Shown piece by piece: positions 35,913-50,566 of a DNA stretch of 64,000 nt. Source of the stretch: Monocercomonoides exilis PA203 (Eukaryota > Protista > Preaxostyla). The notes under the pieces were generated by a model. The model ran no database searches. It was not told the DNA's origin and saw nothing but the letters and a program-made list of their open reading frames with translations. Made by a program: the position numbers and the translations under genes. The DNA lies in contig LSRY02000027.1 of NCBI GenBank assembly GCA_001643675.2, positions 310,001 to 374,000 of the forward strand. The letters are read 5' to 3'. Numbering within the stretch: position 1 is the first letter of the stretch; every line of letters begins with the position of its first letter.

Positions 35913-37784
35913 ATGATACAAAACATTCAAGTCATCGATGGAGTTCCTTTTCCTGTGGGAAATATCCATTTTGATGAGCTTTTTTCCAAATTCGATAAGT
36001 ATTTTTGCTTTATTTTGTTTTTTCGATGAAAAATTCTTTTTTACTCATTTTATTTTTTCAATCAAAAAATTTCAAAAAAAATTCAGTGGACCATATACAA
36101 CAATGAGAACATTACATCAGACGCAGATTTTTGATTTAGATTTTCATGTTAAAAGACTTTGTATGACTTAGTATATTATTTGAAGAGATTTGATCAGTTC
36201 GAAAAAGGTTCATCATTTAGAATTTTGCGGAAAGATTTCACTGAAGACCTTGAAGCTCCTTCAACATATCTTTTTCAAGAAGCTCATGTAAGGTTGTATT
36301 TTAGATGGTTTTTCATTTTATGTTCCGTTTTTCTATTTGTAGGATGGAAGTCTTATCGATTGCAAAAATTGGATTGAAAGCGTTTTTTGAAATAAACGGA
36401 AATCCAAAGCAGATTCCTGAAAAGATAGAAGTCTTCAATAGAGATGGACGCACTTTTGAAAGAGAATTGAGAGTGTACATACTTATGAACAGCGCAATTA
36501 ATCATGACACTGGAGCACCAGTTTGGATCTAATGTGTTTTTTCACATCGCTCTTTATGTTTTCCCCCGTCTTACCATTTATCAATTAAAATTTGTAACAT
36601 AATCACAAATAGGAACCTCGACTCATTGGATTTATATGTCCTCTTGTTACTTGCTTGAATTCAAAACTTCCTTCGTTAACATCTGATTCAGTTCATAAAA
36701 AAATTTATCAACAAACTGTATTGCTTTCCCCTCAACATGAGCAAGAAGAAAATCCAACATCTTCAAATTCATCATCATCTTCCTCTTCGCCATCTGTTGA
36801 ATCAGCCCAACCAACTCCATCACCACATCCAGTTACCCCGATGATAAGCGCTAATACAGCATCTGTTCTGTCTTCAACAGGATGCATTTGCGAAATTAGA
36901 GAGGGTCCTTCACGACGACCAGGAACAGGTGCAATAGCGAAGGATAGCCAGTGGATTGCTGACAGAAAGCAGGCGCAGCAGTTTATGTCAAACTGTGCAG
37001 AGGAAATTTTGCTTCTTCAACAAACAGAAGAGAATAAAAAAGAAAGTGATGAATGCACTGAATCGAAAGAAAAAGATAGCGAAATTCAATCTGCAGGTGG
37101 TGATGTGAAACAATTCGAACTTCCTTCGCGTTGGCAAAATAGAGGAGTTCTTGAAGGACATTCAAGTAACTTTTTTTGCATCAGAGACGATGGGGTGGCT
37201 GTAACAGCACAGGATGGGGTTCTTCCAGGATCCATCCGTAATCTTTTTGTGGAAATTCTCGAAGAATTAAAGGTTTAATGCGTTTTGTTGCATTTTAATT
37301 AATATTTCAAAATTACGAAATTTCATATTATCAAAAAACATTTGATAACCAACTACTTATTATTTAGATACCCGTTGTATTTGAATCTCCTCGCCTTTCT
37401 GATTTCACTCACTGGACTCATGCATTTATAACATCAACATCGAGGCTATTGATGAGAGTATCAGAAATCCACATGTTCTCCAAAATCGACGACAAATCAC
37501 CCACCTGTCAAATAGTTTTTCCAAACAATCCAGAAGTCCCAGAAAGCATTAAAGATAAGGCTTCAAATATTTTTGAGGAGGCAGAGACTGCTGCATCTTC
37601 GATGCCCGAAGCGAAAGGAAAAGATATTCAAAACTTCTATATCAAGAGAGATTTAGAGTTAATTGAACGATTGAAAAAAACCGAAGATAGCCTAAGTGCT
37701 TTTGAGCGAAATGAGTTGAAAGTGCAAATCATTGCTCGCATATTCACAGAAAAGCTGATGAACAAAACAGTTCCTGCTTTTTGA
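35913..37784 (+). CDS. PLP-dependent aminotransferase class IV (BCAT/D-amino-acid transaminase/ADC-lyase fold), multi-exon
   Basis: Spliced motifs: GPYTTMRT..IFDLDFHVKRL, R..AIAKDSQW (catalytic Lys), EGHSSNFF..VTAQDGVLPGSIR, AFITSTSRLLMRV. GT-AG introns lie between ORF pieces 36102, 36159, 36305, 36655 and 37449. Confidence 0.85.
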
Positions 37785-38087
37785 AAGTTGGATCACATTT
37801 AAAAATATATATTTATTTTCTTTAACATCTTTTACATCTTATTGAAATTTTTGATTTTTTTGTTGAGGTTGAGTGCTTGGTTTGTTTGATATATTTACAA
37901 CATGCTGATATATAAAGCTTTAAAAGAGTATAAAATAAATTGAATTCAAAAATAATTATTGCAAAAGATGTGAAAAGAAAGAAACTCAAAAATAAAAAAA
38001 TAAATCGCATCAAGATTTGTTTTTTTGGATAAATTAAGAGAATTTCATTTCCTGGAATTTGTCCGTTCCCACCCATTCCTTCCAAAG

Positions 38088-41000
38088 TCACACTGCCTCT
38101 TCATTCTGCCCCTTCTCTGCTGCGCCTCTTGCTTCTCTGTCGCTCCTTCTACCACTCCTTCTGCTGCTCATTCTGCTGCTCTCTCCAGAATTTGCCACAG
38201 ACTTTGTTGCACTCTCGCCTTCTTCCCCCGACCCGCACAACTCGATTGCATCCGACATCGTCACCATCGCTGCCTTTCCCCCAAAGTGCCCAACAAACTC
38301 TCGCCGCAGCTCGCTCAACGTCGGCCGCTCTCCTGCTGCTCCCGACAGGCTCGCCCGAACAACATTCTCGTATGAGTTCCCTTCCAGCCTTCTCAGGTCA
38401 GGCCTCTCTCCATTCGCAATCTTATCTCCAGCAATCACAGCCTCATATTCGCCAAAGGGAATAGTCAATGTCAAGCACTCCCACAGCATCATCCCGATCG
38501 AGAACGCCACCGACTTCTCTGTTGCCTCCATCTTCTTGTTCATCTGCAATTCAGGCGCCTTCCACCTCAGACACTCCTTTTTGAAGTTATCTTCATCCTC
38601 AAACGCTGACGAAGGAGGAGGCGAGTCGGTGAATCTCTCGCTCAGCACCGAAATGTTGGAGGACGAAGAAACAATGGTCAATGAAGAGACGGATGATGAA
38701 TCTGAGTCTGAGGAGCAGTCGGAGTGGAGGGCAATGCAGATGACCATGTGCTCGGAGAAGAGCACAATGTGCGGGCTCAGATTGGCCAAAGAGGGGAGGC
38801 CATCTTCCTCGTCCTCAAAGGCGTGGAGCGCCCCATTCGCCACCCAGAACAGGATCTGCGCAGCTGTCATCTCCCTCTCCTTCAACGTGCCTATCGCCAT
38901 CTCCTTCTTCTCGTTCCTCCCATGCAGCAACATGAACAGCGAATCCCTCAGATCCACAATCAGCTTCTCATGAGGGGATGAGCATGCCATCGCATCCACC
39001 AAGTTCGACATGGATGAGGTGGTTGGACACAGATCCTCTCTACGAACAAATGTGGATTCTGTGTCTGATGTGTCTGTTGTTGAAGTGGATGAGATGGATG
39101 GCGAAGGTGTTCTCTTTCTTGATTCTTCCTCATCAACCTTCTCCAGCATCCATTGAGGAATCTTGTCTGAATCTCTCCCCAAAATATATTCAGTGGAGCC
39201 ACTCTCAGATAGAAGATGCTCTGAAGACTCCGAGTGTTCCATATTCGTGTCAAATATTCTCTTCTTCATCCTCTCATCGTTCTTCTTCTCAGCTTCCCTC
39301 TCTGCTCTTCTCCACTGCTCCTCCGGTGACATCTCCATCGTCACCATCTCAAATGCCTTCGGATCCTTCTTTATTGTGTCATCAACAATCTCCTTGTATT
39401 TTTTCGCTTCTTCTTTTGCCCTTCTCCATCGAATAGTTGCCACGATCGATGCAACAAGAACAACCAAGAACAGCACAGCAAATATCACAATCACAATCAA
39501 TGCCCACGATGATTTTCCTTCTTTCCCTCCTTCAGAAATTCTTTCATCATCTTTTTGTTTTGTTTCGCTTGCATTTTTCAGAATGAAAGAGTTGGTTGAT
39601 GAAGGAGATTCTGCATTCCCAAACAAAACAGAAACACTCACTTCTATCTCATTCCCACAATTGCTGATGAGATCTTTTGCCACGCTCCCTTCTGCTTCTC
39701 TTTCTGACAAGAATCCACTTGTATCAAAATCATAATGTTCAATCTCTTTTTCTTCTCCCTTCCTCTTCACAACTGTGAATGACAGATTGCACGGAACAAG
39801 AAGCATTCCTTTGAATATCAGCTTCATTCTATCTGTTGCATCTTTTGCTTCAACGCTTTCCAGCACAGGAATAAAAAATGATGATGCTCTCTCAGAAACA
39901 ATCCCTTCAAAACTGCACCCTTCATTCAACATCCATAACGATGAATTATCCTTCACCCCATCTCCTCCTTTCAAGCTCACCACATTCACAGTGCCACTGC
40001 CTGAACAAGCAACATTTCTACGCATCGATGGATATCCACTGACGAGTGGATTGTTTTCCGTGAATTCTCCCTTCTCAATTGTCATTGCTCCGTCGGAGAC
40101 ATACACTCCCCCTCGCGAAGAGTTGCATATTGTTGTGTCTTTTATCAAGGTTATGCACTTCCAAAACGCAAGCATCGATTCATTCCATTGGCAAATGCCC
40201 TCTAATTTTGGTAATTCATGAGATATCTCATCTCTTGCCCCAGCAAAAGTGCAACTCTCAAATTCGACACTTTTGCTGGATCGCACTTCGATTGAAGATC
40301 CTGTAACATCATCTATTGTGCATTCGTAAATCGAGCAGTTCACCATGCTTATTTTCGTTTTTTCGTTTTCAAGTTCAGCTAATGAAGCTCCAAACGATGG
40401 GCGAGTAATGTTCTGAAATACTGAAATACCCATTGACAGAATATTCCCCAAAGTGCTGCTGCTTGAACAGAAAACCGAGCCATCATCAATGCGCAGATCG
40501 TGAAGTGTTGCATCTTTCAGAACAATGTCCGAGCTGTCCAGAACAAAGAAGCATTTGCTTGCTTCAGCATCTATGATGTCAACTTCTTTCAGTTCCATTG
40601 TCGAATTGAACAGCTCAATCAGGCGTGTCCCTCTTATTTTCGTTATTGCAGACTTTGCCATTTTTATTGAACCTGCTGTGCATCGAAGAACGCAAGGTAC
40701 TGTATGTGCTGTGCCCTCAGTCTTGCTTGAGCACACTTCGCACGACTCCATCGACAAAGCCGCATCTTCTACAAGAAATAGGATATCACAACCAGAAACA
40801 AGAGATCTTGCAAAGATAAATCCTATGTTCTCAACAATCACATTTCCGCCAATCCTGATTGCTGGATCTCCTTGCCGAGCCGTTCCTATCTCAATCCTTA
40901 CACACGCAATGGATTGCGCCAAAGATTTCAGTATCATGTCTGACAGTTCCATCATCCCGTCTACCACGCTTTCCAGATCCACAAGTAATCTGCATTCGTA

Positions 41001-44000
41001 ATCAGCAATAAGATGGCCCAGCCCATAATTCACACTTTTGCATGGGCGAGAAAAAGTGCCACATTGCCGCCCATTATTGCCGCACCTGCTTGCAGAAGAA
41101 GAGACAAATATTGTGCTTTGCAGCAGCGTTGATATGAAGTCAAACAGATCAATAGGCGCTTCATTTGCAATATCGATCCCGAAGATAGCATTGCTTCTGT
41201 TGTACTCGTTTTCCCTCAAATCCATCTTGAACTGAGTGTCGTTCACCTGCTTCGAGATCTCGATGCACTCCACAAATATGTCTCTTCCTTTCCATCCGCT
41301 GTTTCCGGAAAATTTGCACTTGTCAAAAATAAAGTTCAGCTCCCCAAACAGCTGTGATTTCACATAAATGCCTCCTCCTTTTCCAGTCTCGGGCGAGCAT
41401 CCGCACTGAAACACATTTGACTGCTTCATCTCAAGCGATCCCCTTTCGTTCAACTCAAAGAATACAGCGCCTCCTTTCTCTGAGCTCAGAGCTTTACACC
41501 CATCAAAGCATGAGCTGTTGATCGCAAGAGTCGTTATGCTTCTTCCGCGGCAGCATATAATGCTCGGCCCGTTTTGATGAGCGGCACATAGTGCAAAATA
41601 CGATTCGTCCAAAGAGATGTGTGTTTTCTTCTCTTCATTTTGACTGGCGGATTCTTCTATCTCCATCAGCACGCTCCCGCTTTCAATGCTGCACGAGTGC
41701 ATTTGAAGGCTCTTTAGCGCACACTCGCATCCTGATGTTATCGTAAAGACAGAATATATCATATTCACGCTTTCTATTGAAAGGGAATGAACTTTCACCG
41801 AGCCCTGCTTTGCCGCAACAAATCCTTGCCTGTGATTTCCGTTTTCCTTTCTCGACTGCAACAAGCAATTGCTCAGCTCAAGTCTCCCCTTTGCATGATT
41901 TATCACTGCTTTTATCTCATTATCAAAGTCTTCCGTTAGCACAAATTTTATCAGCCCAAACTTCAATTCTCCTGAGTTCTCTATAAAAGTTTCGCCTTCT
42001 CTCGAACTCTTTTTGTCAAATATCAGAGAAGAATATTCCTTTTCCTCTGTATCGTCTGTACCAGAGGAAAACGCATAATTAGTCATGTTGTATGAATCAT
42101 TGACTTCTGCCGAACCTTCAATGATTAATGCTTTTGAAACTACCTCTCCAGCACAGTGCGCGATTCCTTGCCATAACGACAAGCAAGGCTCCTCAGAGCT
42201 TCCACAGCGAGCAAAATCATGACCTTTATCAGATATATGAATTGTTGATGAACGGTAATCAACAAGAAACTTGAATAAATCGCATTCGTCGAACACCATG
42301 TCTTTCCCCACATACAGCTCGCCGTCTGCGCTGCTTGGCCCCCACAAAAAATCAAAGCTTGCATTGGTCACAGTTGCATTCAAGTCAGACGAGACAAGAA
42401 ACATATTCTTCCCAACATTTGCGTTGTTTTCACTAAAATCGACGACATGCAAGCTAAATGGGGTTGATGATGCGCTTTCGTTACAATCCAAATACAAAAA
42501 ACCCCCTCTTCCGCTTGCCATCGAGCAGCTGCAGTTTCTGCCTGTTGTGTTCGTCATGACAAATTCATCAAGCGCATCCAACATAACCATCTGAACTCCG
42601 CCAGCACCACACTTGGAAGAACTGACATTTTCATATAAACCTCCCTCAAAATAGGTATCTGCCAATAAGTTGAAAGGAGAAACCGCAAAAGCCATGTTAA
42701 TGATTGTCGTATTGACGATCTCACTTTTTCCTGATCTTGTCTCAAGCACATGGTATCCAACTGATTCAGCACTTGCTGTCGAAAATGAGCACGCATCCAT
42801 CGTTATTATCTCAGCTGGCGCCTCGCTGAGCAGAAGTGCATTAATATCATCTGAAATAATCGGAGGGATAACAAACTCTATCCTCCTGATGATCAGCGAC
42901 AACTCGTTCAGAAGGACGCATTTCCTGCTGTTTGCTTCAACTCCATCCATTACAATTACCCTCGCAAGCTCAGCGATCGACGATTCCTGTTTCTCATGCT
43001 CCAAAACAAACGTTGAGAGGTTATGATAATCAGCCAAGCATGCCTCGTCTCTGATCTCCAAGACTTTCAAAAGAGAATCTCTTTCCATATTCTGCACGCC
43101 TCTCCAGAACGTGTGGCATGCCATCTCCTTCTTTCCACATCCCAGCACATCCAAACCTTCTGAAGACACACAGATTTCGCTCGAGCAATACTGCGTCAAC
43201 AGCAAATCCAGATCCACCACTTTTCCGCGAAATAGGTCCGAATCTGTTCCGGCCATATCGGCTTTCCCATTTTCTCTGTCCCCAGCAATCGACACAAATC
43301 GGCTGGAAGCAATACTCTCGTTCAATGCTTTGCATTCAACAAATACATCTCGACCATACTTCCCGCTATTTCCGGCAAATGAAATGCTTTCCAGAGAAAA
43401 ATTGCTGTTTGAGTTATTTCCCAAGCTTAATAGCAGGCCTCCTCCTTTTCCGCTGCTTTGATCCACACTGCACCCAGAAATCGATGTATTTCGCATTTTC
43501 AAGTATTCTTTGTTATCCAGCTTGCACAGCATAAACCCGCCTTCTCCATTCTCAGCCCCATTGCCGCAGCATCTGAAGGAACAATTCCCTGATATTTCTG
43601 TTGCATGAACCCTAGTTATGCTAATAAATGGCCCTTCAGATGATGAGCAGACAGCCACTTCAGAATATTCGACTTTCACATTCTTTGCATTGACTGCCTG
43701 TATCAATCCATGCTCCTGGCCATGTGCCGATACATCCAAAGCGGTCAAGTGAGAAACGATCAGCTCTCCACCATCTACCACAGCAATTCCTCCTTTTCCT
43801 GAAAAGACGATGTCTGGCACAGACACATTGTCGAAGCGGATGCTACTGCCACAGCCTTTGGCAATCCACATCGTTGTGCATGCCGACTCCTCGTTTGTGG
43901 TGCCTGCTGCCAGCTGGATTACACACTTCGTAATAAATATTTTTCCTGCACTCCCACTTATCACAGCATCAACAGAACTGGATGTTGGCAGCATTATGAT

Positions 44001-47000
44001 CAGATTGGTGACAGTCATGCTTGTCGAAGAATCACAGCGAGTCTGAGTCAGACAGCCACCTGGCTCCACATAAAGAATCGATCTTTCTGCTTGGCTGCCT
44101 CTCAACGTCAGGGGAGCATTATCCCTTTCCATTTTCTTGCTGATCCTGCCTGAATCGTTGATGTGCAGAAACATTTTTGACTCGTCCATTTTTCTAAAGC
44201 CTTCATACAGATCGCCACATGGCTTTAGGTCGTCTCCACAATCGCTTTCATTGGACCCTCCTGCCATCACGAACACGATGTCAGTTTTGGGGGGAAATAG
44301 AAACCTCAAAATAGTTTCGCTGATCTGCGCCGAAACGTCGCTGTCTGCAGTCCATAGCGTGCTGCTATCCTGCCCTTCAACTGCAGATCCTTCCCAATGC
44401 GCTATATCGATCATGTTGCGGGGCGAAGGACACACCATGAACACATCTCTTCCCAGATATGCCTTGTTCTGCCCGAAGTTATCGTTCATCATGGAGTAGT
44501 GGGTATCCATGGCTCCCAGTTTCACATACAGCCCACCTCCCAGTCCTTCGACTGTTGGCACCTCGCACGAACTCACGGTGTTGTTGTCGAATATCAACTG
44601 CCCTCTTGATTCCACATTTGCATATATTGCTCCTCCTGTCAGTTCTGCAGCGCACTTGCATCTGTCAAATGTGTTGTTTCTAAAAGTGGCTGACCCGCCT
44701 TCATCGAAATTCCCGCTGAATGCTGCTCCTTTTCCTGTTCCGCGAGTGACTCCATTAAACAGTGTGTCTAATATTGTCACATCTGCCTTCCCGTTCGCCT
44801 CAATCATGCAGCAGCTCACTTCCTCTGCATTTCCAAATCCGCTCTTTTCAACTTTTAGGATGCACCCTGGTCCGACTTCTATCAGCCCTCTTGTGCCGCT
44901 TTTCTGCACTCCCTCCCAGTGCACATTGCTCAGTTGTGCCTCGGAGCTTCTTCCGATGCTCCGGACAGATATCAGATATTCAGATCCAAACAACATGTTG
45001 CTCACTTCGAAATCCATCACAACCAATTTTCCCCCTCCAACTGCAAACAGCCCGAACAATGGCTGCTGCCCTGCTTTTTTCATTTCAGCCGAGCAGCCGT
45101 TCACAATGCAAGTGGAGCTTGAGCATAAAAGGAGCACTTCTCTCGTCGACAGCGAAGGAGGAAGGAGAAAAGTGATGCTATTGAATGTGATCGCATTTCC
45201 GGTCTCAATCAAGCCGATTCCTTCTCCGCTTCCTCCAGAATTCACTGCGATCTTGTGTCTTTCTTCTGCTGTGTCGATGAACATTTCTTGTGTTTTGAGA
45301 GCAAGATGATCGCGAAATGCGAAGGATTCGAGAAGCCTGAGGATTGCTTTTCCTTCTTTGAATCTGTTCGCCACAGCATAAGGAATCGACGGACAGGGAA
45401 AGTCTATGTATCCACACACCCGACATTCCTCCGCAGAATCTCCGCCAATGAGCACAGGTTGTGGAGGATCTCGCAAAAACAGCACCAACGGAATAGCGGT
45501 TGAAGTGGCTTCATTCTCATAGCCGCAAAACTCGTCGAAGTCTGGTGTCTCCTCTATCTCAACATCTATCACAATGTTCATTGACTCCCTCGTGACTCTC
45601 TCACTTAGGTTGTCCGAGCTTACAAACATGTTCTTCCCTCTCCATGCATTGCATTCTGAAAATGATACAGTGGCGAGCCTGAAGGAAGATGCGCCCCAAC
45701 ACGAGACAAACAGTCCGCCCCCTAATCCCCTGCCACTCGCTGAGTCGCTTGGCACTGAGCATCTCCACAAAGAAGTATTGGTTATCCAAAGCCTCTGACG
45801 GTTTCCTTTTGCTGTCATGATCCCTCCTCCAACGCCGCTTCCAGCGCAAACGCTGCAACCGTCGAATGTGCAGTCTTCGATCTCAATTGCTGTTTCTTCT
45901 TCTTCTTCTCCATCCTCTTCTCCTTCTTTGACAGAAATGCAGGAAGAGTTTCCATCTGCGTGGAGCACGCTCCTGAATGTGCAGTTGATGAAAGAAGCTG
46001 CACTCAATGGACTTATCATGACAGCTGATTCTTTGCAAGTCAGATCGACGGCAGACGAGCTCGAGCCAAACACTACATCTTTCCCATCAAAGCTGCCATT
46101 AACTATTTCGAGCAAGAAGCATCCGAGTCTGTGTCCTTCACCTGCGCTGAATGTGCATTTGTCGATGTGCAGTATTTTACTCGAAGAGATGATGCATGCT
46201 CTGCTTCCTGTTTGCACAATTGGAAGGATGATTTGTAGATTTCGCACAGTCAGCTCAATTGACGAAGTGATAGCGGCATTTTCCTCTCCCCCAAGGGAAT
46301 TGTTCACAGCCACAGCCGAATCTCCTGTGCTTCCAATCAATGAAAACTCCGATCCAGAAGATGCATTGCCATTGAGAAAGTTCAAATGCCAAGTGTGTGG
46401 AAAAGGGAGTGCAGACGCTGAGCTTGATGGATTGAGTTCGTGTAATGCCACTGCTGCGTTCAGATAAGACCTTGAGGAAACACAAAGCGAGAAGAGCGGA
46501 AGAGAGGATGTGGAAGAAAACTGTTTTGTGCGCCGAAGAAGTATCTCGTAATCAAGTGTCTTGCACGGTGCCTGCTCAAACCCGCAGGCACTAAAGTCGC
46601 TTCCACTCTCCTCATCCGCAAATCCACACCCGCTGAAGTTATCCCACAGATACACTACCAGAGGAATTGCATACTGCTCGTTTGTGGTGCTCCTCTCAAA
46701 CCCGCTCAATCCCCTCATATCCCTCAAGTTCACTTCCATTTTCACTCTTTCAGGAGAAATAAGTCTCGACAAGTCCGCAGCAACAACAAACACATTATTG
46801 CCCCTTGCGGCAACACAGTTGTTGAACAGGGCAGATTCCAGCAATATATCTTCTGCATTGCCAATCATTTCAATGAATACCCCGCCTCCATTTCCCGACC
46901 CCTCCGCATCCCTTTCCTGGGCCTCGCATTTTCTCAGCTCCACAGCACACTCAGCATTCCCCAGCTGCATCGACGAGCCGCTCTCCAGCTTCACGCTCAT

Positions 47001-50000
47001 CCCACCGCCATTCCCGTCGATGCTGGTGCAGTTCTCAAACACTCCTCCAACAACAATCAGCGTGCTTCCGCACTTCACAACCCCCTCGACGACGCATCCT
47101 CCGCTTCTTTCAAGTATCATGTTGCTGGCTGTGTTATTCGCAAGCTGCACAACTGCACTTCTGCTCGCATCAACCGCTCCGCTGTCGCTCATCTTTACAA
47201 AGTGGCAGCATAACGCTCCGTCTTGCCAAGCAAGTGTCGAATTCCTCAGTTCTACGCTGCTCCATGTTTTTGCCTCAATCAGTCCAGTCTCTGCTGTTGT
47301 GGTTGTGTTTGTGAGCGACAACTTGTCCAGTCTTGCACTGGCACACGTATTCTCGATTACAAACAGGCTGACTCCGCTCATGCGCAATCCCGCTGCATTG
47401 AATTGAATGCACTCCAATGCCCCGCCCTTCATGCAAATCAGCCCATAGCTCACAGCTTCTGTTTGCTGATCCATTTGTATCCCGCAAAGAGACAGCTTCA
47501 GTGTTCCGTTCAGCCCCTGGATCAGCACTGCGTTGCTTGACGAGTCCGAAGGCGACAATCTGCCGGGCACAGCAAACATCACGTTTGTAATGTCCGTATT
47601 GACTTTTACAGTAATCATAGCTTCTGCATTTGCAGCTCGTGATGCTCCAACTCTGATCTTTTCCTGTGCCGTACACCCTATGTCCCATGCTGGGCCAGTC
47701 ATCTCCACTGCATCATTCCAGACAAATCCGCTGTTCAGCACGATTATTCTTTTTGTGTTTTCAAAGTGCAGCAGTCCTGTGTACTGAACTGAACAGCATG
47801 GATACTCTTTACTGCCACATCCTCTGAAGTCGCGGCTTTTTTCTCCCCCAACATACCCTTTTCCTCCAAATTCAATCAGGAAGGCTTTCAGCGGAACTGG
47901 CTCTGTGCCAAATCCGTCTTCGTATCCCATCAGATCGTCATCCTCCATGCTATCTGCACCAAAGGCAATCGAATTTCTGCTAATTACTGTGCTCAGACGC
48001 GGAGCGCTCACAAACATGTTTCTGCCTTTCCACCCATCGCACAACTGAAAGTCAACGTGCTGGAACTTGAATTTTGCATCTTCCCCAGAGACAGTTACAT
48101 ACAACCCTCCACCCCTGCAAGCAGGTCCTTCCTTGGGAACTGTGCATTGTGAGAACAGTGCCAGTGAACTCTTTCCAATTTCCATGGAGCTCCCTTCTCC
48201 AAGGCTTGCCCAGATCCCCCCTCCATCATTGCTGCTGCATCCGCAATTTTCCAGCGAAGTGTTGTCCAGATCCAGTGTGCATGCGCTCTGAAGCGAGTCA
48301 TGAATTGCTGCTCCACTTCCTGAGCTTCTCACAATCTCTGAAAATGTCGCATTTGCGCACACTGTGGATCCTCCCTCCACTGAAATTGCAGCTGCATCCA
48401 CAAATGAGAATCCCGCAATTTTGGTGCTTAACAGATTCAGTTTTCCAGTAGATGCAACAAGGATTAAGGGAGATTCGAACCTGGCAGAAGCTGCTGATTG
48501 TGCGCCTCCTGGTGCGATTATGCATTCCTCAAGAACAAAAACTCCTGATGAAGTGATCTGTGCAAGAGGGCATTCAGAGGATATCGACGGATCATGCACA
48601 AATGAAGAAGTTGTCCATCTCAACTCACCACCAGCCACACTTATCAACGGCTGTTGCAGTGGCAAAGGCGATGCAGTGATGTCTTTGCTGATGATAGTCA
48701 GCTCGTTTGAAACGCCCTTCACCAGCACTTTTATCCTCTCAACCACAAGCGGACATTCGCCCAGGCTTTCAGACTCCAGCTGCACAATAGGCTCGTCATC
48801 TGCTCCGATCCCCCACAGCGGCATTTCGAGCGCAACGGCAATTGTTTTGCACTTTCTTTCTGCCCAACCGCACATCCCTTCTCCGCTTCCACTGGCACTG
48901 CTCACATAAATCGGATAGTTCATGCGCCGCAGCCAGCCATCGCACTCGACATCAACCACCACCACTCTCCGTTCTTTGTTGGTGAATGTTCGGCAAGTCT
49001 CGAGCGATGTCTCATTGAACAATAACATCACATTGCTTGCAACATGAATATCGTGTCCTTCATCTGATTCGGAAGTGTTGTTTCGGAATAAACAAAAGAG
49101 GAGTTGACATAGAGATTTTTGATCATCTGCAGTGTGTATTGCTATTCCACCGCCAAATAACGCAGATGCGAGATTCGCAAATAAACAATCACATAAAGTA
49201 GTTTTACAGTTATTTCCTATATCAATTCCTCCACCACCTTCATCAGTTCCATTGGATCCACAATTTTGAAAATTGCATTGATCAATAATGTCACCTTCAT
49301 TACTTGTATGATGATTGATTGCTCCTCCACCCATCACGTCTGAGCTATTTTCAAATAGACAACTATCAATAACCATTGAAACAACTTTATATATAATACA
49401 ACATCCTCCAAAATACCCTGATTCACAAAAAGAGAAATTTGAACTTATGAGATTGACGGTTTGTTTTATTGCAGAATATATTGCTCCTCCACTTGAAGAA
49501 CTTGAGCAATGCTTGAAGCTACACCTTTCAATGATCAGTGAATTATTTGCTGAATGAAAAATTGCTCCACCAGATCCTTGATGAGTTCTAGCCATGACAA
49601 AGTCCACATCACTGAATAAAGAAACATTTGAGGAAGATGTGTCGGTTCTTTCTGTGATTAGCTCTCTTTGCCGATTGCATTTGTGAAAAGAACAATTCAG
49701 AAAAGCAAAGCCTCCTTTCCTGCAGATGCTTTCAAAAAGGCTGCCATGCAGTGCATTTTCGACACATTCAAACATGGACAGTTCAGCCAGCATTGTGGAT
49801 GCAGAACATGAAGCAGCATGCTTTTCATTTTGAGGACCAGCCGAAGGAGACAGCGAAATGTTGGAAAAGTGTGTATTACTGATGTGGAGGTGCTCCAGAG
49901 TGTTTGATGAAAAGAACGGCAAAGATTCTTCCAGTGAAAATGATGAAAACGATGATGAGGAAACAGACAGCATTGAATATGCAGTCTTTCTGCTCAGACT

Positions 50001-50474
50001 TTGCAAAGATGGATCGATCAGCGGCTGGATGGTGTGTCCTGGAGGGTGAAGCAGCATTGTCAGATTATTCAGAATCAGCACTGTGGAGCGAATGCTGATG
50101 AAGCTGCTCTGTTGTGGATTTTCCACGCTCATGATGCAGGAATGAAACCTGATTTCTGGTGAATCACGTGATGAAAGAAAGCTTCTATTGGTAATGTGAA
50201 TGATAGTAATCGCATTAAAACTCATTGAACTGTTATATGAAACAACATGAATCGCAGTTTGAGTTTCTAAAATATAATGCAAATTAAAATTCTATAAAAA
50301 ATATCAAAACAAACCTTGAAACAATTGTAAAAAGTGTATTGTATTTTCGCATTCAAATTCACAGCGGATTGTTTGATCGCTGAAATTCACTTTTTCTTCC
50401 TTCCAATTCAAATTAGATTCGCATTCACAATAAATGTTCTTTTCCAGAATAACAGCAATAGTTATTATCAGCAT
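38088..50474 (-). CDS. Giant (~4100 aa) type I membrane protein: beta-helix/pectin-lyase-like repeats, one TM helix, C-terminal kinase-like (pseudokinase) domain
   Basis: Exon 1 50474-50315 (MLIITIAVIL...), 48-nt intron 50314-50267, in frame with the 4064-aa ORF. Many GGA(I/V)/GGGL repeats and CG...PC modules; TM WALIVIVIFAVLFLVVLVASIVATI; kinase C-lobe motifs LRWKAPE, FSIGMMLWECLT..PF, ERPTL. Confidence 0.88.
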
Positions 50475-50566
50475 TCAAGGGTGATCTAAATCTAACATTA
50501 AAAAAAAAATATATTTTCAGGAAAAATTGGAAATAAAATATTAAAAATGAATAATCAAAAATAAAT

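Noticed and set aside
50478-50486. AGGGTGAT just upstream of the receptor ATG, matching the fold-back terminus
   Set aside because: Only an 8-bp match with no partner end; could be chance.
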